Shown piece by piece: positions 32,521 through 45,240 of a stretch of DNA of 64,000 nt. Source of the stretch: Psammoneis japonica. Lineage: Eukaryota. The stretch lies in contig QPGO01000058.1 in NCBI GenBank assembly GCA_008632985.1, positions 310,001 to 374,000 of the forward strand. The letters run 5' to 3'. The translations under genes and the position numbers were made by a program. Position 1 is the stretch's first letter, and each line of letters begins with the position of its first letter. Under the pieces are notes generated by a model that did not search any database, was not told the DNA's origin, and was given only the letters and a program-made list of their open reading frames with translations.

Positions 32521-33339
32521 AAACGCTTTCAGTTTTTCAAAATCAAGCAAGTGGGGGACGCGGCACTCAAACAGCATGGAATTCTGTGTGTCATGCTTCG
32601 CCAAGTTGCAAATCAAAATCACAATGGCGAAGCAGGTTGAAACTGGCAAGCAGTGGAGAATGTTCAAATGACAATTGGAGGGAAAGCAACGTTGTCGAGC
32701 TTGTCCTGGACACATGTTTTCTCATGCAAATGGAACTTTCATTCAGAATTTTCCCAAGTTCACCATGGTGAAGCGTGGGAAATCACTCGCCAAATTGCCA
32801 CACAAATCCCAGCAATTGTCCAGCGATGCTTCACAGAGCTGCAGCCAATGAACAACTTCTGTTCCGATGTCAAACTGGCACAACTTGTTGTCAGACATGT
32901 CAAAGCACAACTGTCATTTGGCAGAGTGTTCTTCCCAATGTCAAATGTGGTCAGAAGCAGTCGTGGCTTTCCACCGTGCTTTCATCGTGCTGTCAATTTT
33001 ATAACACGGTGAAGTGCGCACGTAAATTCGTGCCAGGTTCTACAGCAGTCCCCCATTTGATCGACTGAAAGCGTTCATCGGTCCCACAAAGGCCGCGGAT
33101 CGACTTTTTGACTCGATGGACTAACATTTTAATGGGTTATGAAGACCGAGCCAATCGTGCTCAAAGTAGCAGGACGACGGCCGGACGGATTCGCACATTG
33201 TCCGATGACGTCAAGATAACGTCATGGAAAACCGACAAAACAGCTGACATTTTTATTGCCTTCAGACATTTAAAAATATTTGCCACACCTTATTCCCGCT
33301 CCCGTCACAACTTTTTTACAGTTAGTCTAGGCCGACACC

Positions 33340-34218
33340 ATGGGCCACAAGTATTTAGTATATGCCACCGTTTCAGGTTTCATGGCATTATGGTATTGTT
33401 CATTGCAATTATTGCAAAGGCATCTAATTGTTGGTCCTTCGTTGCGGCAACAACAACAAGTCGATGCACCGATAGTCACGGGATCCAATTGGAAGACTTC
33501 AGCCCGTGCTTGTCAAACGCCATCACTGCAAGGGTTGTTTAAATCTCAGCAGAGTGAGGATAGGGGTCTGCTACACTGGTTTTACAATCTTTGTGGTGGA
33601 ACCTATGTAGAAATGGGTGGTCTTGACGGAGTTAAGTTCAGCAACACCCACGTCTTTAACAAGGGGTTGGGCTGGAAGGGCGTGCTCGTGGAGCTGGTCC
33701 CAGGGAACTATGAAAAGATGAAAATGAATCGACCCAATGAACTGGCGACGGTGAATGCGGCTGTTTGTGACAAGCGACAGACGCTTCACTACGTCAACCG
33801 AGAGGGTGCCGTCAGCGGGATTTGGGAGTTTATGGCACCCTCCTTTCGTAAGAAGTGGCACAATGGCCTTTCCCTCAACGACACGGTGCCCGTGGAATGC
33901 AAACCCCTCAATGACCTTTTCATGGAGACGGTCGGGGAGAGCTTTTATTTCGACTTCTTCTCGCTCGACATTGAAGGGGGCGAGTACGAGGCGCTGGCCA
34001 CGTTGGATTTTTCGAAATATGGGTTTGGCATTCTTGTCGTCGAATCAAGCAAGCACAATAATCGCAAGAATTTGGCACTAAGAATGCTTTTAGAAAGCAA
34101 GGGCTACAAATTTTTGAAAGATGAGCACCATAGCTATTGGTTTGTCAATGATGATTTTGGTTTGATCTACAAGGATTTGTTACACGACACGGAGGCCGGC
34201 GAAGAAAGTGTATCGTAA
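33340..34218 (+). CDS. FkbM-family (Methyltransf_21) methyltransferase with N-terminal anchor
   Basis: SQQSED, GTYVEMGGLDG..SNT, LGWKGVLVE, DFFSLDIEGGE motifs. Intact single ORF. Confidence 0.88.
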   Translation: MGHKYLVYATVSGFMALWYCSLQLLQRHLIVGPSLRQQQQVDAPIVTGSNWKTSARACQTPSLQGLFKSQQSEDRGLLHWFYNLCGGTYVEMGGLDGVKFSNTHVFNKGLGWKGVLVELVPGNYEKMKMNRPNELATVNAAVCDKRQTLHYVNREGAVSGIWEFMAPSFRKKWHNGLSLNDTVPVECKPLNDLFMETVGESFYFDFFSLDIEGGEYEALATLDFSKYGFGILVVESSKHNNRKNLALRMLLESKGYKFLKDEHHSYWFVNDDFGLIYKDLLHDTEAGEESVS

Positions 34219-35884
34219 GTGTATTTCAAGTTCACTTCTCCCCACGACACGGAATAAAAAAAGTCGGCTTACAAAATCTGATGTGGTCAAAGTTTCAATT
34301 GGAAAGAAAAGAATTAGCGTACATGGTCGATGCGCAACAGAATGTAGTCACTTGACAGAAAACTTCACAAATCTCGGTCAAGATATATGAATAGATCCTG
34401 TTGCATAATTAAATCTCCTTACTTGCTTAATTTTGCATGGAGTAGAGTTGAGAGTCCATCCCAGTCACAACTCAACATGGCGACGTAGTTCCTTGTTTAA
34501 TTGCTCCTTGCCTGTTCTATCGTTTTTTATACTACTACATATTCCTTCCCCCCCTGGTTTCCAGGTTGCTTTTTTTCCAAGTCTTGGGTTCTAGTTTGGC
34601 ATCGATCCATTTTGCCGTTTCCTCTTTGCTGGCCGTCCGCAAAGCCAGCGTGGTTTCCGAGTGAACACCTCAAAGGCACGCTCGTCATTGTGGTCTCTAC
34701 ATGGAACAATGGAACATTTCGACAATAGCACGGAAACAGTGGGAGTCACTTCTCGCGGAACTTGCCCCTTGGTGGTAGCCTGTTCGGGCCAATCTAAAAT
34801 GTCCAAAACGGGTTGGGGTTCCAGCTGCTGAAAGACTTGTTCCGGGTACGTCAAGTTGGTGAGTCTGTGTGGGGCGTGGAAAAGGTGTAAATGGGAATCA
34901 TCCACAGTCATGATGGCCAGTGCGGTTTGCCATTCCGTCTTGTTGCTGTTGCTGCACTGTTCGACCAACTTTATGGAAAACATCAATTGACTCTCCAAAG
35001 GTGACTGCAAAAGGCACAATTCTGCTGAACAGATTTGTGGTTCAATCAGTGTTTGTCTTGATCAATTCAAAATGGACAATTTGTGTTGAGCTTCTTGCCA
35101 TTGGACCATCTTGGAATGCTTTTCAATCGTGTCATGAATGTCTTCTTCTGCTTCCTGTCCATTTGGCATTCCACCAATTCTTGCAACACAGGAGAATGGA
35201 CTGACAAAAAGTCTGAAAGCAAATTCACTTGCTGGGCATGTGGTCCAAGAGCAAGCTGTGCAGTTTGAGTTGGCATTCCAGTTTGTTTGCCACGGCCGAA
35301 TCGGCCAATTGCAGCAATTCAGCTGTGATTTTGTCCACAAATTGGATTGAAGCTGAACGGCAATGTGGCACTGCATGTCGGCCAACCACAAGTCATGGCA
35401 GTTGGCATCCGACATGGGGCTCTTGGTGGACAGTTTGGAAAAGGGTGAAAAGGCAGAGCCAACTGGAGACCAGCAAAATGCTTGGGGCAAAAGAGTTGCC
35501 AAATGCAGGGGAAAAACATTGCTCATTTGAAGATGGGATGCCACACAGCAGCCTCATGGTTGGAAGCGGCTGTGGTGGTGGGTCACTGGTGTTCATGTCA
35601 ACAGCAACAATGCCTCAATGCATTTGAAGGGTTTGCCTGACTTTCATTGCAACCTCACAGACAATGCCAGCATTGCTCTTGACAGGATTTGAACAAGATT
35701 TTAGTTTGTCACACACAATTGTGTGTGGCTCTCACTCTGCACATGATGCGTGATGTCAGTCCTTCGGCTCCTGCAATGGTCTCTGCATGGAGACTCATCT
35801 GCCATTTTGACAGCAGCAAGGAGTTGTTGTTTTCTTCCACCCAGTCATCTTCAATTTCTGTCACTCCCCATTTTGCTTGAGGAG

Positions 35885-37240
35885 TCCACAGCAATGGATC
35901 CAGAGCCCACATCGTCAAAGCCGTTGAAGACCATGACTGGGAAATCAAAGACAACCCAGAACTGGTCAAGTTCATTTGCCATGTCAACAACAATGAATGC
36001 AAGGAAATCCTTGCCTGCAACAAAATCATGCACCACATCAAGCAAGAAGATGAGGATTCTACCCTCTGGAAGTTCTGACACATCGTCTCACATGAAGGAC
36101 CACATCTGAACCCCTTGCTGTCATTGCCAAGGACAATCCTGTCACCTGTGCCATTTGCGCACGCGAACATGGTTTGCTTGAGACTGATGGCTGAAATGCT
36201 TCCCAGACCACAGCTCTGAGCCAGAAGAAGCCATTCCTCATGGCCAACCAAGCCAAATTGCGCTCCTTTTGCACTGCCCATGATGCAAGTGCAAGCATGA
36301 AGTGCCCTGGACTGCAAGCATGCCTTGGCCCTCAATGAGTGCAATGGCAACCGCAAGTGGAAGATGCAATGGACCTTGAGATGACTCAGCTTGGTGAGTG
36401 CAAGGTCTTCCACGACTGCGGACATTGCAGGGACTCCAGTGCTCCATCAGGACACAAGAAGATCAGGGTGCATCTCATCTGCAATGTCAAACATGATGGA
36501 TGGCACAAAGCACAACTTGTTTGCTGATGGCACCTCACCAACGCACCCATTGACAGTGTCTGTTCTGGAGTGGTGTCTCTCCAGGCCTGCAAATGATGAT
36601 CTTCCTGGCAGAAATCAATGGCCTGGAGACTTGGGCGACTGACATTGGGAATGCCCATCTCAAAGCTGCGACCAAGGAGAAACTGCACATTGCAGCAGGC
36701 CCCAAATTTTTGGCAAGCAGGAAGGACACATCCTTGTCATCCACAAGGCCTTGTGCAGACTCGCAGCTCTGGCCTCAGTTGACATGAACGCTTTGCCGAT
36801 TGTTTGCATGCCAAAGGTTTCTTCTTCCTGTGCTGCACCGAACCTGACATCTGGCATGCAGGAATGGTGATCACTGCAAATGTGTTTGCCATTAAAAGAA
36901 CCCCAGGCTTTTGCAGACACTCTCATGGAGAAATGCAAGTTCAAGCTCAAGGGCACCAGACCATTGGAGCTCCATCTTGGTTGCAACTTCACCCGTGATC
37001 CGGGCAGCACCCTGTGTTGCATGCACATTGAGCACATGGTTGACAGCTGTGTGTGCCTCTTTGGGGAGAAGCCTGGCACTGATGTGCTTTCCCCTCTTGA
37101 CAAGGGGACCACCTGAGCTCGACACCTCCAATTGAGGCGCTGTGGCCAGAACATTGCAGGCACACTGCACTGGAAAACCATGCCAAGCTCCTGTGGGTCC
37201 CTCAGCATCAGACAACACCCAGAATCTTCATCCCTGCATC
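35885..37240 (+). mobile_element. Ty1/Copia (CoDi-like) pol remnant: linker plus reverse transcriptase
   Basis: LWKF*HIVSHEGP, GHKKIRVHLICNVKHDGWHKAQLV, DSVCSGVVSL, WATDIGNAHLKAATKEKLHIAAGPKF, KCKFKLKGTRPLELHLGCNF and SPLDKG match diatom Copia pol motifs, with stops and frameshifts. Confidence 0.9.
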
Positions 37241-38274
37241 ACCCTCCTCTGTCATCTCTTCATCAAAAAGAAGAGTCTCATCATGATTCTGCACAGAGTC
37301 TTCATGAGCATCAACTTGTTCCCCAGGCACAGGGTGGGTGTTGCCAATTCCTTTGTTGTGTGACAAAAATCAAGAGGTGGTGCATCAGGGATGTCCATTG
37401 CTGGAGATGCAGCACCTGCTGCAAGGGCAAAGGCTGGCTGACTGGGATGCTGCTTGCCATCCAAATTGTTGGTGGAGGGTTGACAGGCCAACTTGAACCC
37501 AGAACTGGGGTTGCCAGGTTCTTTGGAGCACCATCCAATGTCCTGTCAGAGGATGCAACAATGTCATGATGCCTCATGAAATGCTCAATGTCCTGGGTGA
37601 CATGCTTCTGCTTGGATTTCACCAACGGAACATTGGCTGTGAAGTGCTTGTGCCAGCATGCGCATTCTTGAACAGAGTCCTCAGCAGTGGATCACTGCCT
37701 TCGGGAGCTTGTGGCACCTCATCCATGTTTTGCAGGCTGTCAATGAGGCAGTCTTTGTGATGCCAGAATACATTGGTGAGGAGAGACTCAACAGGAATCA
37801 ACTGTGCAAGTGCCTCCTGCACAACACTGGGCATGCAGTGGGCACAGCAAGTCCCTGATTCTTGATGCAGAATTGGCCTGCTCCTGGTTCTTTGTTGATG
37901 GCCGAGTGCAATGCATGCACACAGCACAGGGCAGGAAGAGATCATTCACAAAGAAGAACCTTTGTTCAAAGTGGCAGGTTGCACAGAGATGGGCTGCATC
38001 ATGTCAACAAGCCATGGCTCTCTCTTCCTCAACATTGAGTCTGCAACCAGCAGGGGGTTGTCAAACAAGTTCACAGGAGTGTGAGCACCTCTGACAAACA
38101 GATCAACAAGAATGCTTTCGTGAGAATGGAACAAAATTGTTGGCAAGAGGTGACATTGGATCACATCACCAGGTGAACCAAGCCGGATCAGATTGCCAGA
38201 TTGACTCCTTCACAACCCATTAAAATGTCAGTTCATCAAGTCAAAAAGTCAATCCGTGGCCTTGTGGGACTGAT

Positions 38275-38830
38275 CCACCATCTCAGATCGGACGGTCTTC
38301 GGAGTGAAATGTTTTGCTCCGAAGACCATCCAGTCCAAAATCTGCATCAAATGTTGGATCTAATTTGCAAGATTCTGTGCTGTCATCACAACAATGGCAC
38401 AACATCACATGATTGTGACACAGAATGGCCAAGATTCAGCCACAAGGGCAAGGAACATCCTTGGCTTGTGGTCAAAGTCTTCCAATGCTCAAAATGAAGA
38501 TGAGAAAGGTCACATGGCAACAGAGTGGCTTGTCAAACCAACAAAGCCACACAGATTGTTGGAAAATCATTGAACAAGCAAAATGACAAGCATTTGCCAC
38601 ATGATTTGAGATTTCAACACAACAACATGCACTGGTTTTTAAATTGCAAAAGTGATGGCTTTTTCTTCCTTGGCATTGCTGCGAACACTGAGTGACAATG
38701 ATGCTCAATGATGCGGGTCACACATGCATGTAAAGTGGCAACAACAGCATGGTTCTGTTGTCATGTTGTCGTGACAAGATGTGAAGCATCTTGGCAACAC
38801 TTCTTGTTGTCCGCTGTTGTCAGCACTTTG
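38275..38830 (-). repeat. Inverted copy of 31955-32520
   Basis: Reverse-complement similarity along the whole length. Confidence 0.8.
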
Positions 38831-39920
38831 TTCGCGATCAGTGCCAGCAGCAAAAGGCTCCAACTGCCTCCAGTGCCAGTGGCACACAGGATCCCATCAC
38901 GCCAGTGCTGGCAGCAACATGCAGGCTCCCATTGCAACCACTGGCCAGCAGCAAAAAAGCTCTGTGGTGGCATTGTCAGCAGAGGCAGTCACATTTTCAG
39001 CAGCTGCACGACTGGCCATCGCAGTGGTCTCATTCATGATGGCTCCCATGCTCTCCACAGCAGATGTGTTGTCCATGTTAGTCCAATGGATCACTGCAAC
39101 ATTTGACAGTCTTGCTGAACACTGCTGCAATGGCAACGTCTCCATTTGCATGCTCCAGTTGTGTGTCATCATTTGCCAACTTGCGGTTTTGCCTTTTCTT
39201 GACAGGGTTGATCTTGAAGTCTGCAATTTGAATGCAAGCCCCACTGCAACAAAAGAAAAGTCACTGTCATTCCCAACTGCAATGACAATCGTTTTTTGAA
39301 TCAGCATTTGCTGAATTTTGCTGTCGGTGTGAAATGCCCCATGAGAGCAATTTCCAGTTCACCCGGGTGCATCCTCATCTCCAACTCTTCAACCACACTC
39401 TCTCCGTGACACTCCTCACACACACTCTGGTGCAAGACAACATGATGACACGTGGTCTCACAATCCACACCAACCACTGGTTTTCCCTGATGACGCCTGT
39501 GAGTTTCTCAATCTCATGCAGGAATTGTGACCCATGGTCAATTCCCATGGCTGCTGCTCAAGAATGCATCCCATGCAATTGTGACGGTGTGGATGACAGG
39601 CTGCCATAACGCATGACACCTGAGGCAGCACAGGAACTGCGTCAATCCAGTGCTTCTACTTGTGTTGCCATCATCAGCAGCGACGTGTCATTCCGACGGT
39701 TGGTGTGATGTGGGCATGATGTGATGATTTTTGGTTTTTGCAATCTGTGATCTGATGGAAGGACAGGCAGAGTGCGACCATTTTTTGAACCTGTCTCCAT
39801 GCATGTGTGTACCGGTAGACTAGAAGTAGTAGACGAGCCTCACCCGTGACTCGAGGCCAACGCGTCGTCACAGGCCATCATGACACGACCACATTCCTGT
39901 TGCTGTTGTTGGAAAACACC

Positions 39921-40693
39921 ATGACGTTGTCCATCACTCATGAACTACTTGCTATTCTATCAGGACTATGGGGTGGTGCTCGGTACGGATTCAAAATACG
40001 AATGCCTCATGCACTCGTCATGACGGTTCTCTTTCGTCGCGACTTGTCGTCACGGGAAAAACTCCGACAAGTGCTAAAGTTGGCACTGGAGCACGCTTCC
40101 AATTTGGCATCCTTTGTAACACTCTACAAGAGTATACTAATGGCTCTCAAGTGGGCGTCTCGGCGAATTCATCAATTTGCTCCTGGAGTGGGAGAATCGG
40201 AAGGGATGTGGAGGTATTTTGGAAGAATGTTGATTACCATGATTATTGACGGTCCGTACGTGGGACAACGGTTAGAATTACGGCCACCGGGATATCCCGA
40301 ACGCTCTCATCACGCCCTGTTAGCCGGTGCGGTTGGGGGATACTTTGTTGGGGTCGATACAGTTCGGTCAATTATCAAATTGTATTGTACTTAGCGAGTC
40401 GCGTCTTGGTGGCGGGTGTCAAGCGATTGCACCATCATGCGGAATTGCCTGAAAAGGTATCCAACCACAGTTATCCACTCTTTGCTGCAACCGTGTGGGG
40501 ACTGGTCATGATGTTGTTTGAATCGAGTCCAGAGGTTCTTCATCCATCATTGAAAAAGAGCATGGATGAAATTTATCGATTCCAATTGTCGTCTCATCGA
40601 TTGGATAGTAGCAACAGTGACGATTTTAGCAACATGGGGGGCTCCTCTGCAGTAGGAAAATCACTGCCAGCAGAAACATCATTAACGTCTTAA
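39921..40693 (+). CDS. PXMP4: Peroxisomal membrane protein 4 (PMP24, Tim17 family)
   Basis: GARYGFKIRMPHALVMTVLF, EHASNLASFVTLYK, LAGAVGGYFV. After a 1-bp frameshift at ~40349: GRYSSVNYQIVLYLASRV, VWGLVMMLFE..LHPSLKKSM. Confidence 0.88.
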
Positions 40694-40735
40694 GCAGCAG
40701 GAGATCACGCTTCTTCATCAGTAAGTCATTTCGTT

Positions 40736-42350
40736 TTAGTTTTTATTCAAAATGATAAAAATGGTGAGAAAGGCAAGAGTAGCCAGACGCACTGGACTCG
40801 TCAGGATTCGGATGGTACTTTCGATAAAATTTTGAAGCACTGAAACTTCTTTTACCGTCGGCGCTTGTCTCACGGCAGCTGTCATCGACTTCCGATGAAC
40901 TTTCGTTTTCTTCTGAGCAACGTCGTTCTCATTATCGGCAGTATCAGCGTCGTCTTGTTGCTTTGACTCTTCCTCCTCCACGTCGTCTCGTTCAATTACG
41001 CTTAATGGAAAGATCCCTTCTTGCGTCATGTACTCATGGTCCAGCCCAAATTTTGGTACACACCATGTCCGACTCGCCCTTGCCAATTCCCTTCGTTTTT
41101 CGCTAGACGCATTGACACCCCCAATTTCATTGGCTGTCGTGAGCATGTGAATACGCAAGGCATCCACCAAGGACAGTACGGTCCATCGGGGTGTCCACGA
41201 CTCGGGATGATAGCTCGATGCCGACAGACAAATGTCGTGGCCGGGTATAAACCGTCCCGACGGTGTCAAGACTTGAATCCGTGGTGGGGAGCCGGGATAA
41301 TCCTTGGGAAGCAAGACACGACCGTGATAGATTCCATCTTGATAGGCCGAATTGGCGGGACCCTGTACCGAAAAGTGCCACTGCAACAATTTTTACCAAA
41401 GGGACCAATGCGGACATAATTGTGCTTTGACTGCGTGTTGGGGCGTTTGATTGTTTTCATATCGATCCAGTCATAGGCAATGCCCATTTCTACCGCATCT
41501 CGCCATTCTCGTTTGATTCGGCGTAAGCAGGCACCTTCTCTTCCTCCACTCATGGATGATGACGATGATACCTTTCGCCGAGTTGTCCTTGTTCTTTCAC
41601 GTTTTCGAACAATTGTGGTGCTGTTGTTCTCGTCGTCACGAGACGCTACGAAATCCTCTTGTTGTACGTCCTCGGACAAAATTACTTCATCCTTTTTTTC
41701 GTAACAGCAGTATCGTCAATGGAAGTATCATCTGTCAGTTCGACAACTACAGCGGCACCCGATAGGTTGGGACGTGCAATGGTTCGAACGACTCGTTGTT
41801 GACGAACAAAAGTCGTGGCAGTGGCGGTGTGCGAAAGGGCTTCCGAGGAAGACCAAGAAGTAGTTGTTGTTTCTTCCAATTCAGGATTATGATTTTTTGT
41901 TTGCCCTTGTATTGATTCTGTCTTCTGTTCCGGTATTATGGTGACTATTTCTTCGTCGTCTTCTACTCGCTCTACGTCTGAATTTGATTTCTGTGCTCGG
42001 ATATCCTTAGGTGCATCGCTGCTTATAATCTCCAATTTGGTGGCATTCCTTGATGTTGAACGCTTCTTCCTCCGTTTCTTCTTATGGCGCTTGTGAACTT
42101 GAGAGCTGTCTAATGAGCGATGTATTGATGGTGTCGCAGACGGAGACGATGAGGCAGCCTCAACGGGTTGGCTCATGCAAGACAGCAGAAGAAGAAGTGA
42201 TACAAACATTACAGCGCCTGACCCCATCAATGTCCTCCTTCGTCGCCGACATTTCAACATATATTCAGACCCCTGTCGAGTGCTGCTGCAAATCCGAATA
42301 TGGGTGGTTCCCTGTTTCATTACAGCAACGCCTCTCCAACTCATCGTCAT
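40736..42350 (-). CDS. Ubc6/UBE2J-like ubiquitin-conjugating enzyme, tail-anchored, with long N-terminal extension
   Basis: LRRIKREW, WHFSVQGP, YHGRVLLPKDYPGSPP..LTPSGRF..ICLSASSYHPESWTP and a C-terminal TM. Frameshifts in homopolymers near 41395 and 41695. The start is uncertain. Confidence 0.8.
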
Positions 42351-42809
42351 TGTGAGATTATGAGAAAGGTATGTTGAATGTTGAATGTGAAATGTGATGC
42401 CGCGTGGCGTGGTGCTTCGAAAGATCGAGTCGAAGGATTCAAGTTTTGGCATTTTACTTCGTTTTTGAGCATTTTTTGAACCTTCTGCCTTGTACCGGCA
42501 TTGTTCAGTTGGCAGTTTTTCTTCATCCTTCGGCATGTGGAGGGTCTATCCAAGAAGTGTGCCACAAGAACACCCCCAGAGCCAAACACCACCAGAAGCT
42601 TGTGACTGAGCATCATCATCATTGGGGTGCCTCACAGAGTGTTGGTGTGCCAAAGTTGCTTCAGCAAAACAAGTGAGAAGCTGCAAAAGTTGGCAAAGAA
42701 GAGTCATTCCAAGAAGGGCTCAATTTTAATTCTTCTGGTCTTGTGGCAAGATGTCTTGGTCTGTCATCTGGGGAGTGGCCCAGGATGGTCAGCATGGAGA
42801 GCAACCCAC

Positions 42810-43540
42810 CAACAACCCACAAAGCAGCAATCTTGTGCAACCCAGTCAGCATCGCTTCATTGGCAGGCTTTGCAAAACAGTCTGTGAGTTGTTCAACAGC
42901 ATCAACGGCAGAGCAAATGCAGCAATTTTGTCCCATCTGGTTTGCAGCCAACACTTTCAAATGTCTTTCCCATTTCCAGCACACACCGCCATTGTTCTTG
43001 AAAATTTTGCCGTGGACTTTTGGGGTCAAAGGTTTCTTGGCTGGAAATTCATGGGCCTTGAGCTCCCTTGAGATTTCCATGGCTGGTGTTGCCTCCTCAC
43101 ACAGTGTGCACAACAAAACAGCATGCTTGCTTTCTGTGCCAGGACAAGCAGTCTTGGTGTGCAGCAGCCACAGCTTCCACAGAGTGGGCAATCCTCCAGC
43201 ACAAGTGTGGTGGTGCAACCATGCCCCAATCTTGCAGCACTGTGATCTTCCAACAGTGCTTCTTCTCCATTCCAGTTGCCAACAAAGTTGGTTGGTGACA
43301 AAGTCAGCATCAACACAGACCTTGAGGTCTTTGTTTTTGACCACAGCTTCAGAACAGCCCCTTTTCCATGTGTTGCATGGAGGCACTTTCATGTCCACCA
43401 AGCAGCTTTGCAGTGCTCCACCTTTGCCAGGTCAGCAGAGAATTTTGCACACTTGTGGGTTCTGCAGGCAATGTCATTTGAGTCTTGTGCACTTCTCAAC
43501 ACAGCTCAATTCCCTGGCAAGACCACTACAGCAGCCAAAC
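42810..43540 (-). mobile_element. Ty1/Copia RT C-terminus and RNase H remnant
   Basis: DIACRTHKCAKFSAD, LKVCVDADF, PTLWKL, TESKH, KIFKNNGG and EQLTDCFAKP correspond to DIAYA.HQCARF, VYVDADF, TESEY, FEDNSG and QLADYLTKP. Confidence 0.85.
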
Positions 43541-44839
43541 AACTGATCAAATGGATCAGAGATTGAGTGCCTCTCAATCAACAGGATTGCAGAAGAAGGT
43601 TGTGACCTTCATTCTAACATCAACCACTGTTTCCATTTCCTGATCTGAAGATGCCCCTTTGAGCACTCCTCTCTTTCCCAGCTTTCTTGACCTTGCTCCT
43701 TTTTCTGCTTCTTTGCTTCACATCTCTAAACTGCAATGTTGCTCCACAACCCCCCTGTTTTGCCCACTCCATGCTCAACACTGACATGCTCTGTCAGGGT
43801 TGGACACTCTGCCAGGGTGGGTCAACAACACACCAAGTCAGCTTCAGCAACAAGTCCATCAGATGGGCACCCAGCATTTGATTGAGAGTCTTCTCTCTGT
43901 CTCTGGCCACTTCCGTCATTTGCCCATGCCCTGAACAGAAATTTTGCAATGCTTTGTTCACACTCTTTGTGACAAAAAGCTGTGGCAGCATGTCAATCTG
44001 TTGTCTTGCTTGAATTTCTAACTTTGTCAGTTTTCCTCTCATGATCACATTGCTTCTCTGTTGTTCTTGAACACTGATGTCCCTGCCCAACAATTGCAAG
44101 CTGTTTCAGCTGTTCAAAAGTGCTTGTTGTTCATGTGCTGCTGCGCAAGCCCTTCACCAAGCTGAGTGCCATTCCCTGATGTTCACAAACCTGAAGCTGC
44201 TGACAACCCTGAAGATGCTGGTGGGACACTCAAGATGCAGCAGCAGAGACTGTGGATGACCTGGACAGTGAGTCTGCTGACAAACTGCCTGGCAAAAACA
44301 CCCCCACTCCATCCCTTGTTCCCTGTTCCCATTCACCATCCTTAAACCAGAGCCTGTTTCTGTTGCCTCTGCACATGACTCTTTTTTGCCAAAATGTTTT
44401 TGTCATTTGTCAACCTCCTGCCTGACTTCCCTCCCAGCCTCCTGCTGTTCCCTGTGTTGTTCAAGTTGGCCAGCCTGAGTCTAACCTCATCATGCTCACA
44501 CACCCCTGTCATTTGTTTCATCCATTGGTGGATTCAAAACCCTCAAAATGAAGGCTCCTGATCCCCTGTTGACAGCCACTTTTTGCCTGAAACCATGAAG
44601 ATTTGAGCTTGCAATTTGCCTTGCAACAGTCATCTCATCCATCCTCAAAAGGTTGACAACCAAGTGGCAGCCAAGGTAACTCAACAGTCATGCAGACAGC
44701 TTTTGCTTTTACATTGGCTGAACACTTCATTGTGTGGGTCCTTTTGACTGCACAACCATTTGACTTGTTTCTGCATGGCGCCAAATGCAAAGCAGAGTCT
44801 GAAGAAATCTGAGCTGCAATGTCTGTTTGCCAAGTCTCT

Positions 44840-45240
44840 CATCTTCTGGACAGCCTTGTCTCTCCATGGCAGCAGTGATGACAAAACTGGAGAATCAAGA
44901 CCAGGGTGCAATGGCCTGCCCACTGAAACAAAGTGTGGCCAGCCCCTCTTCCATGGGCACAGTCCCAGATGCTGTGCAAGATGTGTTTTGCCACCACAGG
45001 GAGACAACAGAAAATTGAGAGCTCCTTTGTGTGGAGCTTTGGAACACGTCCAATGAGACCAACTTGTTGTCCTTTATCAGGCAACAGAAAAGTTGGCTGA
45101 GGTTTCACACAGTCCTTGCTGATGCTGCCTTGGTTGTCCACGTGTGCAACAATGCGGAGAGCAGCCACACACACGACCCCACACATGCATTGTTCTGCAT
45201 TCACACCAGACATCATTCGACAATGCCCGTGGCTGGGACG
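44840..45240 (-). mobile_element. Possible second Copia RNase H C-terminal remnant
   Basis: RMMSGV...HVDNQG....KP and a terminal HGET loosely resemble CoDi LRMMGV..GDNQSV..P and FW.GDT. Confidence 0.45.

Larger units (their letters stand above)
28375..32990. mobile_element. Decayed repeat/TE block 3 (nested MITEs and TE remnants)
   Basis: TpA nearly absent. Contains three family-A MITEs, a second TIR element and one copy of the ~560-bp repeat. Confidence 0.8.
34900..39800. mobile_element. Decayed repeat/TE block 4
   Basis: TpA and CpG depleted. Contains the Copia pol remnant and the inverted repeat copy. Confidence 0.8.

Noticed and set aside
35885..37240. Alternative genetic code or ADAR RNA editing as the cause of Tyr loss
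   Set aside because: Neighbouring genes use TAY normally. Changes occur on both strands and also in non-coding DNA-transposon MITEs.
37240..39700. Possible Helitron or other transposase remnants (also 22780-23480, 34590-35700, 59600-60400)
   Set aside because: No motif could be identified with confidence by eye. This needs a profile search after TpA/CpG back-mutation.
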